Shown: in pieces, positions 1 through 14,529 of the stretch | Layout: each line of letters opens with the position of its first letter | Position numbering within the stretch: position 1 is the first letter of the stretch | Assembly: GCF_001194135.2 (NCBI RefSeq) | Contig: NC_068990.1 | Location: 5,092,028-5,156,027, forward strand | Source: Octopus bimaculoides | Lineage: Eukaryota | Length of the DNA stretch: 64,000 nt | Direction: 5' to 3' | Made by a program: the position numbers and the translations under genes | The notes under the pieces: model-generated | The model's input: only the letters and a program-made list of their open reading frames with translations | What the model was told of the DNA's origin: nothing | The model's database searches: none

Positions 1-27
1 ATATATATATATATATATACATATATA

Positions 28-175
28 CGACAGGCTTCTTTCAGTTTCCGTCTACCAAATCCACTCACAAGGCTTTGGTCGGCTCGAGGCTATAGTAGAA
101 GACACTTGCCCAAGGTGCCACACAGTGGGAATGAATCCGGAATCATGTGGCTGGTAAGCAAGCTACTTACCACAC
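28..175 (-). mobile_element. tRNA-derived SINE family A (internal microsatellite type), 5' half; rest lies beyond window start
   Basis: Homologous to the full copy at 49495-49911; tRNA-like head on minus strand, abutting (TA)n at 1-27. Confidence 0.8.
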
Positions 176-759
176 ATATCATACACATATCTATATTTAG
201 ATATAGATATATATATATCAGAGAGTGAGAGAGACAGACAGACAGACAGATAGACAGACAGACAGGCATCTATACAGCTTTCAACAACCATTTTCACTCA
301 CAGAACATTAGGTAGCCTGAGACTATAGCAGAGAAACTTATGTGAGATACCCCACAATAGGACCAAACCTGAAACCACAGGGTTTTGAAACAAAATTATT
401 AACTGCACATTCATGTTAGCATCCACATTTGTGTGTGTGTGTTTGTGCATTGGAATTTCCATAACTTATGGAAGAACAAGAACAGTAAACACTAACAATA
501 AAATTCCCCATTTACTTTACATTAGTTGTAACATCAACATTTGATTAGCTATCACTTTTAGTACACTAAAGCTAATGTACAGAGAAATATAAGCAATCAA
601 CACATATAATTTGACATATGTACCTCTAGGTCTAATGTTATGATAATCTGCATTGCAATTATTTTAATGTAAAGTCCAGAATTCAAAGCAAAACGTGATG
701 CTCTGTGTCAGTAACAATTGTCCATAGAAGAATTGTTAGAAAGGTTTGATAAGTTTACT

Positions 760-1090
760 TGATGTGAGGAGTGAAAGATTTCATGTTTTGGTACTCTACC
801 CTTTGTCTGAGAATGTAAGCGAGAAAGAGAGAAGTTTTGCCACTTAAGCTGCAAGTAAATGATAAAAAAGTTGAAGGAGTGATGGGAGTGGTGACATGTG
901 GAAGGAAGTGCAACAACAGAAAGACAAGTGGTGTGTGAAGGTCAGACGCCTGAGATACAAGGTGATTGAAGAAGAAGGAGGCTCAGAACAATGTGAGATA
1001 AAATGAGCCAATGCCTCCAGCAAACTGAACAAGAAAGATAGTATTCAAGTAAAGAAAGTTGGGGAATGGTAAGTAAGGGAAGGGAGGAAC
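760..1090 (-). mobile_element. possible Penelope-like element 3' remnant
   Basis: Pyrimidine-rich minus strand ending in a decayed CTGANGA...GAAAC-like motif (minus CTCAGACAAAGGGTAGAGTACCAAAACATG); weak. Confidence 0.25.
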
Positions 1091-1414
1091 AAGAAAGCAA
1101 CCGACTTAGAAATGCTACAAAGGCGCCTACAGAATATTCTATTGACTGTAGAAAAATACAAATGCATCTATAGAATAATCTTAATTAATTTGGTCATTTA
1201 AGACAAAAGACATGTCAAATAAAAAATCCAAACTTCTAAGTACCAATATCAATGTTCTCTATAATGAAATAAATCCACATTTCAAGCAACATTTTATATC
1301 TAGAAGATTGATGCTATATTGGCTACTAATGCTATAGTTGGATGCGTGTTAAGTATAAGAGAGTAAAATACGTTACTTGGGGTTTACCTTCTACTGTATA
1401 TTTTTTTATTAATC

Positions 1415-1547
1415 GTGTTTCAGTCATCTGAGCATGGCCATGCTGGGGCACCACCTTGAAGGGTGTTTAGTAGAACAAATGGACCCCAGGGCTTATTTTT
1501 TAAAGACTGGTACTTATTCTATTAGTCTCTCTATGTTACAGGGACAT

Positions 1548-1587
<40 letters not shown>

Positions 1588-1787
1588 CAGGTTTCTTTAA
1601 GTTTCCGCCTATCAATTCCACTCACAAGGCTTTGGTCAGCTTGAGGTNNNNNNNNNNATCAATTCCACTCACAAGGCTTTGGTCAGCTTGAGGTTATAGA
1701 GGAAGAGAATTGCCCAAGGTGCCACATAGTGGGACTGAACCCAGAAGCATGTGGTTGGGAAGTAAGCTCCTTACCAAACAGCCATGC
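1415..1787 (-). mobile_element. SINE family A with internal (CA)n, spanning a 10-N gap
   Basis: Head, body and tail align with 49495-49911; (CA)n at about 1549-1586. Confidence 0.8.
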
Positions 1788-2389
1788 TGCTATTTCTGAA
1801 AGTAAGCTAAGTCTATGAGTTGGTTTTGATCTCAGTGGATGCTGTTTTGCTTTATTCATAACAAAACCATTACACCATGCCAGTGCTCAAGAAGGGAGCA
1901 CTCAAAGTGTATTGCATGTTTCAAGCTGAGGATTTCAATATTATACATACTCACTTTCTCACTTTTACTTCAACTTAATACTTTTTGCTGCGTATTAATT
2001 ATAATCAACTTCTCGATACTCAATGCATTAAATATGCTAACACTAATTAGCCTATTATGTTTATGCTGCAAGTGGATGACATTTGTTAGTTCAAGAAAAT
2101 GGAATGGTTATTTTAAAATTTCGTTTCTCTGGGCCAACAAATGCAGTGTTGTACATTTATTTAGAGATATGCTCATTCCTACATCATCGAATATAGTGAA
2201 ACTTGCATTCACTGAAATATGTGTGGCTGAAATATGTATAACCTTGTCGCCAATGCTTACTGTAAATATAAAAATGATATTAATCATTGATTGGCATTGT
2301 TTATTCTAAACCACATATATATTTATAGATAATATATCTCATGCGCTGAGGCATTAAAAAAGTTATCACTAACTTTACATAAATATAAA

Positions 2390-2600
2390 AAAGGATAAAG
2401 ATCCTTCCCAAGTCATATAGACTCATAGTGCTGGTTTCTTGGCTTCCATGTTGTATATACTTTTTTTCCTGGATGGGATACCATCACATGATTACTCGTT
2501 TTTGCCAGCTGAGTGGAGTGGAGCAACATGAAGTGAAGTGTTTTGCTCAAGAACACAATGCATTGCCCTGTCAGGGCCCACTTGGATTTAATCCACAGTC
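2390..2600 (-). mobile_element. decayed CORE-type SINE
   Basis: Minus strand reads TTCTTGAGCAAAACACTTCACTTCATGTTGCTCCACTCCACTCAGCTGG, resembling the SINE CORE domain; similar to 34690-34900. Confidence 0.4.
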
Positions 2601-2699
2601 CATTCTGTATATCATAGTCCTCCAGATCTGAACTGGGGAGTTTAAGAATGAGTACTCATGTAAAGTCTTCTATCCTAAAGACCTAGTTTTTATACCCAA

Positions 2700-3575
2700 G
2701 TATGCAGTAGATTCAATGAAGAATTTCCAGACTTGGAAGCAAAACTTAGAATCAAGGTATCTGAAAGCTAATATAGCAAAAATTAACATTTTAATTTTAG
2801 TAAGCTGGAAAAGAAAGCAAGTTCTTATTGACAACAGAGAAATGGCCATGCTCAATTTTCAGAAATGGAATAAGAAGATACCCTGCTCAGTGCAATGGTG
2901 TTAGCTACTGACACACAAGAGGTTCAGTGGGAGTATAAGTAAACTGATGGAGAAGGTAGACTTCTTATATGACAATTCACAAGTGCAATAAACACTTGGT
3001 GCATACCTGAAGTACCTGAAAATTCTCTCAAATGCCAGGTAGTTCCTTATAGCTTATGTTGCCTAATTAATGATAGAGTGCATAGCAACTACAGTATGAT
3101 AAACATGGATAAAATTTAGGAAGCTATTACCTGCATTGGTAATAAAGGGCTTCTCTCTCTGAATGAAGGAAAGGTTTTATGATGTCTGTATATGCACTGC
3201 TATCATAATCATCATCATCCTCATCATCATCATCATTATCATCATTATCATCATTTAACATCTGCCTTCCTTACTGGTATGGTTGAGATGGTTTGACAGG
3301 AGCCCGCCAGTCAGAAGCTTGCATCAAACATCTGTGAGAGAGTATGATCTACTGGATGTGTAATATTAATATGTATAGATGACTGAGCACAAATGAACAA
3401 AGAGAAAGATTGGTATAAGAAGAATCAGGTACAGTTTGAAGGAGAAAAGATTGCATTGGTACTGGCATATTATGCATGTGAAGATGGTAGGGTCCTGGTT
3501 ATGGAATCTGAAGAAAAGGGAGACCTAGAAAGACATGGGCCAAAGTAGTGAAGACAACGTCAGGATGCTTGGCCT
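2700..3575 (+). mobile_element. decayed RTE LINE, RT C-terminal region
   Basis: Fragments FQTWKQNLES.YLKANIAK, KFR..LP..V.KG.SL and RPRKTWAKVV-like sequence; similar to the fresher RTE at 35925; interrupted by an inverted RTE tail at about 3205-3340. Confidence 0.6.
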
Positions 3576-4910
3576 CACAAAAAAAAAAAAAAAGAAAATG
3601 CAAGGAATCCTGATGATCGTTGAGATGCAATACTGGAGAATGAATTCTAGGAGCAGCAACTTACTCTTTGCTAAGTACTGTATATTTGATATCCTCCTCT
3701 CTACCACACATCTTTCTATCATTTACTGTCTTCCCATACATCTTCTCTCTTGTATTCAGTATTGTCATGCCATGTTGCTTCTGTAACTAACGAGGGCATG
3801 GGATCTGTAAGACTCTATCATCTCCTTGATACACACTTCTATTCAATGCATCAGGTTAACTGAGTAACAAGGGATGGCACTAGGATTGTCTAACTTAATC
3901 AATCCTTTCCTACCAACATCCCTTACACTCTGCCTTTCTCATCAAGACATCAATGTGTGAAGAAATGTACTTGATCTATATGTAAATAATACACCCTATC
4001 ATCACCTTCTTGAGCTTCCAGTCAACCATTATTCCCTTACTGTCATGTCACCACTGTTTCCTATTTGTTGCACCCAGTCATTACTGTCTCTCTTCCATTA
4101 CCCCCTCTGCTTTGCTTTTCAAACCCCCCACTCCCTTCACACATTCACCCTAGTTTTATATTTCGCTCTCCTTCTTGTCTACTCTTTTTGGCACGTTAGC
4201 TTGGACAAAAAGGGATGCCATAGTGTAGTAAAGATTCTCAACCTTGTAGGGCATCTTTCCATCTACGTTTTGGTGTAAAATAGATGGCAAATGAATGGAG
4301 GCAACATAGGACCAAGTGCATTCTTTAGTCTAGATGAAGACATGACAATGTTTCTAATGTTGGTGCCAGAGTAAACTACGTCCAGTACACTCTAAAAAAA
4401 AAAATAGTTGGTGTTAGGAAAAGCTTCCAACCACAGAAACAATGCCAAAATTAGTATCCATTAAATGTGGTCTTCTGGCCAATCGGAAGAGTAAAGAACT
4501 TACTCAGAATGTGGTCACATGTCAGAATAAAAACAGATGTACATTGTATTATTTATTTTGATATAATATTTTCTTGATGATGATGATGATGATGAGGATG
4601 ATGATCATCATCATCGTCATAGATAGCTAATCTGCTTATTGACACATTATTCCAAATACAGTATATAATTCAGGTCATGTGAAACTTCATAAAAATAAAT
4701 GTAAAAGTAACACATGCCTCTGTTATTATCTGTTTGGACCAATGAAGATTAAAGTGATATTATAGTGACTATAATAATGCAGCAGCATGAAATTGAAATA
4801 TATAATTTACATACAGATAGATATATACAGATATATAAGTAAATATGGTCTGTGTAAATGTATACAAAAGATGTGCATACATGTATGAATACATGCATAC
4901 ACAGACACAC

Positions 4911-4944
<34 letters not shown>

Positions 4945-5351
4945 ATGCACACGCATAAGTATGTATTAGAAAATAATATTTCAAAAGAGAATTTAATGAT
5001 AAACCTGTGTGAAATTACAAATATGCTGATTAATAGCTTATCTTGTATGATGATCTTAGGGGTATTTTGCCAAATTCATCCTATGTTAAATCGCTGAGCA
5101 AATTGGACACAACTTGTATGTTGTATTCATCATGTAATTATCACTTGGTAGTCACATATCCATTTGTATACATATATCAATTGTCAGAAAGTGTCCTGGT
5201 AGAGTAATAATTAGCAATGATTGCTCCATTCAGGCATGTACTACTTCATTCCAGCTTAGATGCTCATCATTAATTATATATCTAAGTGCCAAGCTGATGG
5301 CTGTGACGATAGGATACTGTACAATATACAAAACAGTATTTAGAATTTGTT

Positions 5352-5741
5352 TCACCACATGATTCCAGGTTCAGTCCCACTTCGAGGCACTTTGGGCAAG
5401 AGTGTTCTACTATAACCCTGGGCTGACCAAAGCTTTGCGAGTGGATTTGGTAGAGAGAAACTGAAAGAAACCTGCTGGATATGTGTGCATGTGTGTGTGT
5501 GTGTGTGTGTGTGTCTTTGTGTCTGTGTTTGTCCCTCCGTCATCACCTGACAACTGGTGTTGGTATGTTTATGTCCCCATAACATAGCAGTTCAGCAAAT
5601 GTGACTGATAGAATAAGTACTAGACTTAGAAAAATAAGTCCTGGGGTTGTTTTGTTCAACTAGAATCCTTCAAGGTGGTGCTCCAGCGATGCCGCAGTCA
5701 AATGACTGAAACAAGTAAAAAAAATAAAAGAATAAAAGAAT
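5352..5741 (+). mobile_element. SINE family A with internal (GT)n
   Basis: Box-B-like GGTTCAGTCCC, shared body, tail GACTGAAACAAGTAAAA. Confidence 0.8.
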
Positions 5742-6024
5742 ATATTCCGAGTTCAAATCCTACCAAAATTGACTTAGCCCTTCATTGCCTTAAATTTGAT
5801 AAATACCAGTAATATTCAAGGGTCAATTTAAAAGATTGCCCACCCGTTATGTATTTCTTGTCCATGTGATAAAGGGGAAATATTATTTGCACATTTGGAT
5901 TACAAATCCAAAACAACTAACCTTGTTTTGACAAAAAAATATATTATTTTTAATGAAGCATATGCTCAGAGACACACTGACATATATATTAAGTATGTAA
6001 TTGTATTAATAACTACATACACAC

Positions 6025-6225
6025 ATAAGGTAGTGAGCTGGCAGAGTCATTGACACACCACGTGAAATGCTAAGCAACATTTTTGTCCATCCTTGAGTTC
6101 TAAATTGAAATTCTGCTGGGTTGACTTTGCTTTTTTCCTTCTGGAGTTGATAAAATTAGTACCAGTTGAGAACTGTGGTTGATGCAGTCCCCAAACTGCT
6201 GGTCTTGTGCCACAATTTGAAATCA
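6025..6225 (+). mobile_element. SINE family B (Deu/Nin-like core), decayed
   Basis: GAGCTGGCAGA head and TTGATAAAATTAGTACCAG core shared with 42670, 56530, 57350 and 59303 copies. Confidence 0.6.
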
Positions 6226-6327
6226 AATATGTACATGTATATGTAGAGATTTGTTTATGTTATGTGTAGAGATGTTTATGTTAGTCAATTTTTCTATACA
6301 TGATTGTTTACAAACATTACATACATA

Positions 6328-6490
6328 GCTGCAGGCATGACTGTGCGGTAAGAAGCTTGCTTCTCACTTACATGGTCTTGGGTTTAGTCCCATGGTATGT
6401 CACCTTGGGCAAGTATATTTTACTATAGCCTGAAGCCAACCAAAGCCTTCTGAGTGGATTTGTTAGATAGAAATTGAAAGACACCTGTCC

Positions 6491-6529
<39 letters not shown>

Positions 6530-6785
6530 ACGTATGTATGTATGTGCATGTGTATGTGTCTTTCTGTCTGTGTTTTTACCTCCACCCCACCCCACCCCCA
6601 CTTGAGAACCAGTGTTGGTGAATTTGCATCCCCATGATTTTTCAGTTCAGAAAAAGTGATCCCTAGAATAAGTAACAAGCTTCAAAAATAAGTACTGGGG
6701 TTGATTCATTAGACTAATAATTCAAGGCAGTACTCCAGCATGGTCACAGTCTAATGACTGAAGCAATTGAGAGATGAGAGAGACT
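6328..6785 (+). mobile_element. SINE family A, older copy with (GT)n/(GTAT)n
   Basis: Alignable to 5352-5741 on both sides of the microsatellite. Confidence 0.7.
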
Positions 6786-6890
6786 ATCTAGGCCGATGTA
6801 TAAAGTGACCTGAAAACTGCTATACAAAACAGCATACTGAGCGTTATACGCATATGGTGCATACTTGAAAATATATAAATGACAGCATAC

Positions 6891-6958
<68 letters not shown>

Positions 6959-7837
6959 NNNNNNNNNNNNNNNNNNNNNNNNNNNNNNNNNNNNNNNNNN
7001 NNNNNNNNNNNNNNNNNNNNNNNNNNNNNNNNNNNNNNNNNNNNNNNNNNNNNNNNNNNNNNNNNNNNNNNNNNNNNNNNNNNNNNNNNNNNNNNNNNNN
7101 NNNNNNNNNNNNNNNNNNNNNNNNNNNNNNNNNNNNNNNNNNNNNNNNNNNNNNNNNNNNNNNNNNNNNNNNNNNNNNNNNNNNNNNNNNNNNNNNNNNN
7201 NNNNNNNNNNNNNNNNNNNNNNNNNNNNNNNNNNNNNNNNNNNNNNNNNNNNNNNNNNNNNNNNNNNNNNNNNNNNNNNNNNNNNNNNNNNNNNNNNNNN
7301 NNNNNNNNNNNNNNNNNNNNNNNNNNNNNNNNNNNNNNNNNNNNNNNNNNNNNNNNNNNNNNNNNNNNNNNNNNNNNNNNNNNNNNNNNNNNNNNNNNNN
7401 NNNNNNNNNNNNNNNNNNNNNNNNNNNNNNNNNNNNNNNNNNNNNNNNNNNNNNNNNNNNNNNNNNNNNNNNNNNNNNNNNNNNNNNNNNNNNNNNNNNN
7501 NNNNNNNNNNNNNNNNNNNNNNNNNNNNNNNNNNNNNNNNNNNNNNNNNNNNNNNNNNNNNNNNNNNNNNNNNNNNNNNNNNNNNNNNNNNNNNNNNNNN
7601 NNNNNNNNNNNNNNNNNNNNNNNNNNNNNNNNNNNNNNNNNNNNNNNNNNNNNNNNNNNNNNNNNNNNNNNNNNNNNNNNNNNNNNNNNNNNNNNNNNNN
7701 NNNNNNNNNNNNNNNNNNNNNNNNNNNNNNNNNNNNNNNNNNNNNNNNNNNNNNNNNNNNNNNNNNNNNNNNNNNNNNNNNNNNNNNNNNNNNNNNNNNN
7801 NNNNNNNNNNNNNNNNNNNNNNNNNNNNNNNNNNNNN
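6959..7837. other. assembly gap (N run)
   Basis: Run of N, flanked by (TA)n(GT)n on the left and a SINE 3' half on the right. Confidence 1.
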
Positions 7838-8043
7838 GTCTGTGTTTGTCCCCCCCAACATCGCTTGATAACCGATGCTGGTGTGTTTACGTCCCCATAA
7901 CTTAGCAGTTTAGCAAAAGAGACCGATAGAATAAGTACGAGGCTTACAAAGAATAAGTCCTGGGGTCAATTTGCTCAATTAAAGGCGGTGCTCCAGCATG
8001 GCTGCAGTCAAATGACTGAAACAAGTAAAAGAGTAAAAGAGTA
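7838..8043 (+). mobile_element. SINE family A 3' half, young copy
   Basis: Close match to the reverse complement of 49495-49700; ends AAGTAAAAGAGTAAAAGAG. Confidence 0.85.
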
Positions 8044-9674
8044 ACTGTATCTCAAGATGCAGTTAAAGTTTGCACAGCGAACCAGTGAAACAACTGAATC
8101 CAGCCAGAGCTGTTTTAGCAATGGGTGTAGCCCAGTAAGGGTGATAGCACATGAACTGATAGATTCTTGGCTAGCTGTTCATTGCTTTTTCAACTTTTAA
8201 AAGATACATACATAATGTTAAATGCACATTAACAGAAATATACATACGAGTGTCAGTATAAATATGTGCATGCCTTATAACAAGTGAAGATTTAATTTTA
8301 CATTTGAGCTAAAGTGCATGTTGATACATATGTCAAAACACACTCATTCAAGAATATCAAAGCACCCACATTTTATTAGATATGCAATGTGCACATGTGT
8401 ATGAATCTGAACACTTTATACTGAAAACAATGAAACATCTTTGCATATACAATGTAAAAACTTTACTTGTAAACACAAAAATAATGACAGTATAATAATT
8501 AGTTTATGATTGTTAATTTCATTGAAACTGTCATAGGTAGCAGGTTAGGTTTAATTTGATTCATCAACTTTTCTTTGTAGAATCGTTAGTTGATGAGTGT
8601 TCCAAAAAGAAACCCCTCAATTTTTGTATTTATTAATGAAGTGCAATGAGAAAGTAATTCCCCATTTTACTGGTAAAGGTGTTTAGATACATTACCACTA
8701 ATCTTCATTGTCCTAAAAAGTATCTGCTTCAATATATAATGTTATTACAGATAATGTAATGTACTGAAATTCCTTCCCACTGCTAGGAACTGGGACTCAT
8801 ACAAAATAGCAAATAGCCTAAAACGCTTATGTTATATTTTCCATAAATATGAGTCAATTAGTTATTTTTTGAAGAAGTACTTGCTAACATTCCTATCTTG
8901 GATGTTTCAAAAGTATGAACACTCATTAAAGATAATTTAAATCCACTCTGGGTGATAAAAATGTAGAACACTTTTATATAAGGAAGGAAATGTTTTTTAT
9001 ACATTAAGCAATGCATGCATTTATTCTTTTAGAAACACAGTATACATGTTGAGATATCTAATCTACAAACAACAACAGTCTCCATATGAATGAAAATATA
9101 TAGGAACTTCTTGGGGGTAAATTCTTATATCATCATCATCATCCAGTGTTTAAATCCGGGTTTTGTCCCTGTTAATGGGGGTGGCTGGATCTACCTCAAT
9201 GCCATAACAACCACCCTCACATCATCTCGCCACCTTGCCCAGTTTTGGGCATCCTCCCTTCTCAAGCCAACCCTCTCAATCTCCTCCTCCACGTTTTCCT
9301 TAGTCTACCTCACTATATATCTTGAAAAATTCAATGTCCTTTTACTTTCAACTAAGGTACATTATGCAAATTACTACTAGTGAGTTTTATGAGATCTTAG
9401 CATTTTTCTTTCTACATAGAGCAACAATGAATAAAACATGCTACATTGTAAACATCATTCAGTGAAGTAATTTGAAATATGGTGAAGTAATTTCTCCAAG
9501 CATACAATGACCGTCTTCATCTTAAATATTAGTCATTAATGTAATGACATTTGCCTAACACGTGCTTCTGTTTGCAAGTCTATCCACATGTCAGCACATG
9601 CTGCACAATTGTGGAATACATAATACTTAAAGTGAACAGTTTATGTTTGGAGAAGTTAGGTTATGTTTGTTCTT

Positions 9675-9734
9675 CATCATCATCATCATCATCATCATTA
9701 TCATTTAACGTCCGCTTTCCATGCTAGCATGGGT

Positions 9735-9738
<4 letters not shown>
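9675..9738 (-). mobile_element. short RTE 3' end with (GAT)n tail
   Basis: Reverse complement of AACCCATGCTAGCATGGAAAGCGGACGTTAAA followed by (GAT)n. Confidence 0.75.
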
Positions 9739-9772
<34 letters not shown>

Positions 9773-10822
9773 TCACATATATACACACATACATACATAC
9801 ATACATACATACATACATACATACATACTGTTATATTTTGGGATGGTCATTTTTTTGTTTGCCAAATAAACACATGCACTATATATTCATTCTTCATTCA
9901 TTTATTAATGTTCTTATTTTATCTTATGTCGATTGACTGGAAATCTTTTGTCATACATCTGTGACCTCTTTGGTGACACTTTCTGTTCCCGTGTATCCTT
10001 CTGCTTCACTTAGTCCATTCTAATATATACCTCATTAGCACATGCTGGACGCATGTATAACAACAACAACAACCCAACCACTTTATCGTTGGTACACAAA
10101 ATGTCTTACTGAGAATATAGCTGAACACATGCATACACAAAAGTCTTCTCTCTGACATATTATAAATAATATTTCAATGAATAGTGTCAAAAGAGAAAAA
10201 ACGAACTACATATATTAAAAGTTCGTGAAATTTTTCTACTGTATTTGAGTTCTACTGTATTTGGTGCAATTTGTTATTGTCCTTTTAGCTATGTATGAAC
10301 CTGTGTGTGCGTGTGTGTATGTATTAAACCAGTATCAAATTTTTATACTACAATTATACAAAGTACTTAAAAATCATTGGAAAAAGGTGCATTCATTTTG
10401 AAATCTAGCATCTTTTATAATTCAGAGTTACTGTTTCTTTAAAAAAAAATTAAGAATTAGTATTATAAGATTTCTTCAGTTTGTTTTGGAAATAGGTAAA
10501 TAAGAAAAATTAACTGTAGAATTCATGCAACTCGAAACTTCATAATCAAATAATGTGCTGGATATTTATAAAGACAAATTAATGACCGGATATCAAACGT
10601 AAAAGAAGTATGTGATTATACGGCCAGTTTGGGCTCAAGATGGAGAGAACTGAATAAGAGGTAGAAAATAATGTGTTCAAAGTACGCAGTAAAGTTTATG
10701 TATATGTGCATGCATGCATGCTTGTATAAGTAAATACTAGATATTTGAATGTATTGAAACAGTAAATGGTCCATATCAATAATAGAATGCACTATATTTA
10801 ATGCTAGTAGTTGACTTTTGCT

Positions 10823-10861
<39 letters not shown>

Positions 10862-13800
10862 GTTGTGTTGTACAAATATTGAAATGTAGGAAATGTAATG
10901 ATTAAGGACTGCCATTGTATGAATTATTTACTCACAAAAGACCAAAATGAATTTCTACTGGAATTGCTGTAAATGTGGCTGACAACGTAAATGTAAATGC
11001 TGTAAATGTAAAGGACAATGACAACGGTAACTGTAGAAATTATAGGATCGTGGAATTGTAGAGCTAAACACAACACAACCAAAAAGGCACCTGCAATGTT
11101 TATACCCATGTCACAGTATAAACATTAGCATCTGTAATTACATTATCAGCATTCATTAAGTATTTTCCTATATAAAATGGCTATAATGAATGTCATGGTG
11201 CTTAGTAAAAAGAGGTCCAAAACTGGCAACATTAAACAGCGCAAAGATTCTCCTCAATCTTCATACAGTGGCATAAGTATTTATGAAAAAGAAAGAAGCA
11301 GAGTGAGAAAGAGAAAGGGAAAGAGAGAGAGAGAGAGAGAGACAGACACAGAGATGGTGAGAGGGAGAGAGAGAGAGCGTGAGAGGGACATAATGTGTAT
11401 GAAATCTTGTATAAGAGTACTTACTCAAATACTAAACTATAGCATTTAAACATCTGGGGTAACTTCCTGAATTGTGGCCTTGTCTCTGCTTGGCTTCATT
11501 CATTCGTCTGTTCATTCATTGATGTCATTCATTCAATCCTTCAGTCACTCATACATGCACAGGTATATGGTAGTTGTGAACTCATTAGGGGTTAAATTTA
11601 GTGTCCTTTCTTCTTTCCTAACCCTTGCTACCTAGGAAAATGGATGTTAAACGATGATGAATGCTTCCTTGTTGATGTTGATACGCATCAATATGACAAA
11701 AACTAGATTCCATCTCATAGACACTAATGGTATTTCAATGGAAGATACAACCACATGGGTAACTGGATAAGCATGACTGCTCACAACTCTGTACTACACT
11801 TTTAAGGCATTCATGAACAAGGGATTCTTGCAGATATTTATGAGCTGTGACCACCACAACCAAAAATCTGCCATCACTTTGTGTCTCCAAGAATATCATA
11901 TCTTAAGAGAAAGGAAAAAAAAATGGGGCAAAAAGTACCAACAAATCAAATTTCATAATGAGTCACTTAAGTGACCTGTGTGACACTCTCTAACTGTTGG
12001 AACAGTTAGACTAGCAACAACAACAACAACAAAATAGAAATAAGATAAATAGCAAGATGACTAGCAACTACAAAAGTACAAATTTTTAGTATTCTTCTTC
12101 TCTGTGCATTGATATGTACATGTAAATACAAATATAGATGCACGTGCACATATATTTGTATTTACATGTGTATATAAATGCATGGAAGAAGTATTTAGTT
12201 GGTAATTGATCCTTGACTTCAGCTGTTTGACAGTTTTGTTTCCCATTTCGTAGGATGTCCCAAAAGTCACCTTCCTTATCAAGCAGTCGTGGTAAAGTTG
12301 TCGGTTTAATCGCCAACAGCTTGACCATGCACAAGTTGTACCGGCTTACATAATTGTCAGCCACAAGTCTCCAGCTATCAGCTCTCTACCTATCATAAAT
12401 ATAAACACACAGCACACAGATTCATATATATACTCGACGGTAAGATGTTTAAAGTGCTGACAGAACGTGCACCAAATTTTTATCCCCACTGCAGCTGCTC
12501 CTCTTGTACTCATTCACCATACGCCTCTCTCATGTATGTGTATATGTGCATCTTTGTGTAAATATATATATGTTTTGTATATATTGATTAGGTTGTTTCT
12601 GTACTCTAGTTACAACGTCTTTTACAAGCATCTACATGAATGATAGAAAAGCATGTGCGCTACTAGTATTTACCTATCAAAAAGGAAGACTTTCATTGAT
12701 GCATGTAACAAGAGGCAATAACTTGTGTACAGAAAGCAAAACTGAGGCAGCATGTACTTTTCAGAAGGAAGTCCTTTCTGAATCATGAGTATCCATAAGG
12801 TTGGAGATCACCTCCGGTCCTCTGTAGCATTAAGCAAATGAGAAATAAAGATTCTCCTACATAGGATACCAGTCTATTGCAGGTTGCTTTTCCATTGAAG
12901 GAATAGAACACTACAACTGAATGAATTACTATAAAATTGTATAGTGCAGCCACTGCCTACTACAGTGAATCGAACCACATGATGTACCTACTTTAGACGG
13001 TGGACTCAGACTTGGAGAGCTAAGTATTTCGATCATGTGTACAATGAGATGCCAGTCACATAATATGAACTGTCAACCTCCCAGCTGGTTGACCACTACT
13101 TTAACTCAGCCATCCATGCTCTGATTTACAAAAACGCTATGAGTTATTTCTTGATTCAGTTTCTATACTCTGGATTGTAACATGTAACAGAAAACTATTA
13201 AAAGAAAATCTTTCCTCAGGACATTTTAAGAATATTTATATCTATTTTCTATATGTTTTAATAAATGTTGAATATAACATTTAGTTCAGATAAGTTACAT
13301 AATATTTGAGAAATTATTAAATGAATCAATTATAATGAAATTAATTGAATAATTTAAAAGCACAAAGAATTTTTTTTTTTTGATATAATGAATATGAGTA
13401 AGCAGAATAAAAATAACATTTAAAATACCATAAATGAAAATCTCTTATTCTGCTACAGAAGAAATAATCTTACATTTCATTTTATTTAGATATTTTATTA
13501 ATTGTATCCCCTTATCAAAAGAAGTGAAACACATGTTTTGACACATAGATAATTAATAAACATTGCATCTGGGCTCATTGAATAGAAGTAAGCTATCATA
13601 CACATAATACTGGAATCCCTACTAAATCTTTTCTTAGATTATATAAAATAAAATCTTTGCTAACGTTAAAATTATGAAATGCAGCAAAGATTACTTTTCT
13701 GCTGATGAATGTTGAATAAAAATATTGGTAGTTCTCATTTATGGCATTGCAGGAACTTAATTAAGAGTACAGTCTGATGGGATAGATAGAAATTATAGAA

Positions 13801-14529
13801 AACGCACCTAATATTATTTCAGATGTAAGTCACTGGAGATATTTGAAGACAGTAAGAAAAGAAAATGCAGACAGCTATAAAGATTTATGGTAAATATCCA
13901 AGGAGAGAAAGGGAGTATGTAAGGAGAGCAGTCAAGGAAAGGAAATGCTAAGAAAATAACAACATAAATCATATTTTAAAAAATGGTAAAACAAATGACA
14001 CTTACTATAATTTTTAGAGACTCTAACCAGATTTGAATGTATATGTAAGAGCCCAGATCCAAATCAAAAAGAATGTATTTGGTAGAGCCTATGTCATATC
14101 ATAGCTCCAGTTAGAATTGTCAACTTAAAAGAGAGTTAGCTATAACATACCATGAACAAATGAATGAGAGGAATATACCATTATGAGATGAAATAAAGGG
14201 GAGGTTAGGCAACATAGTGAAGTTGAATGTAGGAGCTTCAACTATAAGTAGTAGAGATTATGCATTTACCATTTCTTCTTGGGAGTAGTAACTAAATAAT
14301 TAGAAATCACTGCCCGCATGACGGTAGATGTCAAACAGATTTCAGTCTTAATTTAGAAGTAATGGAATTGTAAATTTTCATAGAAATATAGAAAATGAAA
14401 AACAAATTGTAAAACAAAACAAAGTGATTACGGCAAAAGCGGTAGGATAGAAAATTTTAAAAACAAGTGGTTAATCACACAAAGCATGGAACTGAAACTC
14501 ACCATAACATTATTCCATTCTTGCAGACA

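Noticed and set aside
1609-1695. Exact ~39-bp duplication either side of a 10-N gap
   Set aside because: Typical unmerged contig overlap inside a SINE, not biology
6879-7905. 320+ aa ORFs
   Set aside because: Artefacts of translating through the N gap
10235-10265. Short tandem duplications (also near 39575, 42925, 24945, 47870)
   Set aside because: Ordinary slippage duplications
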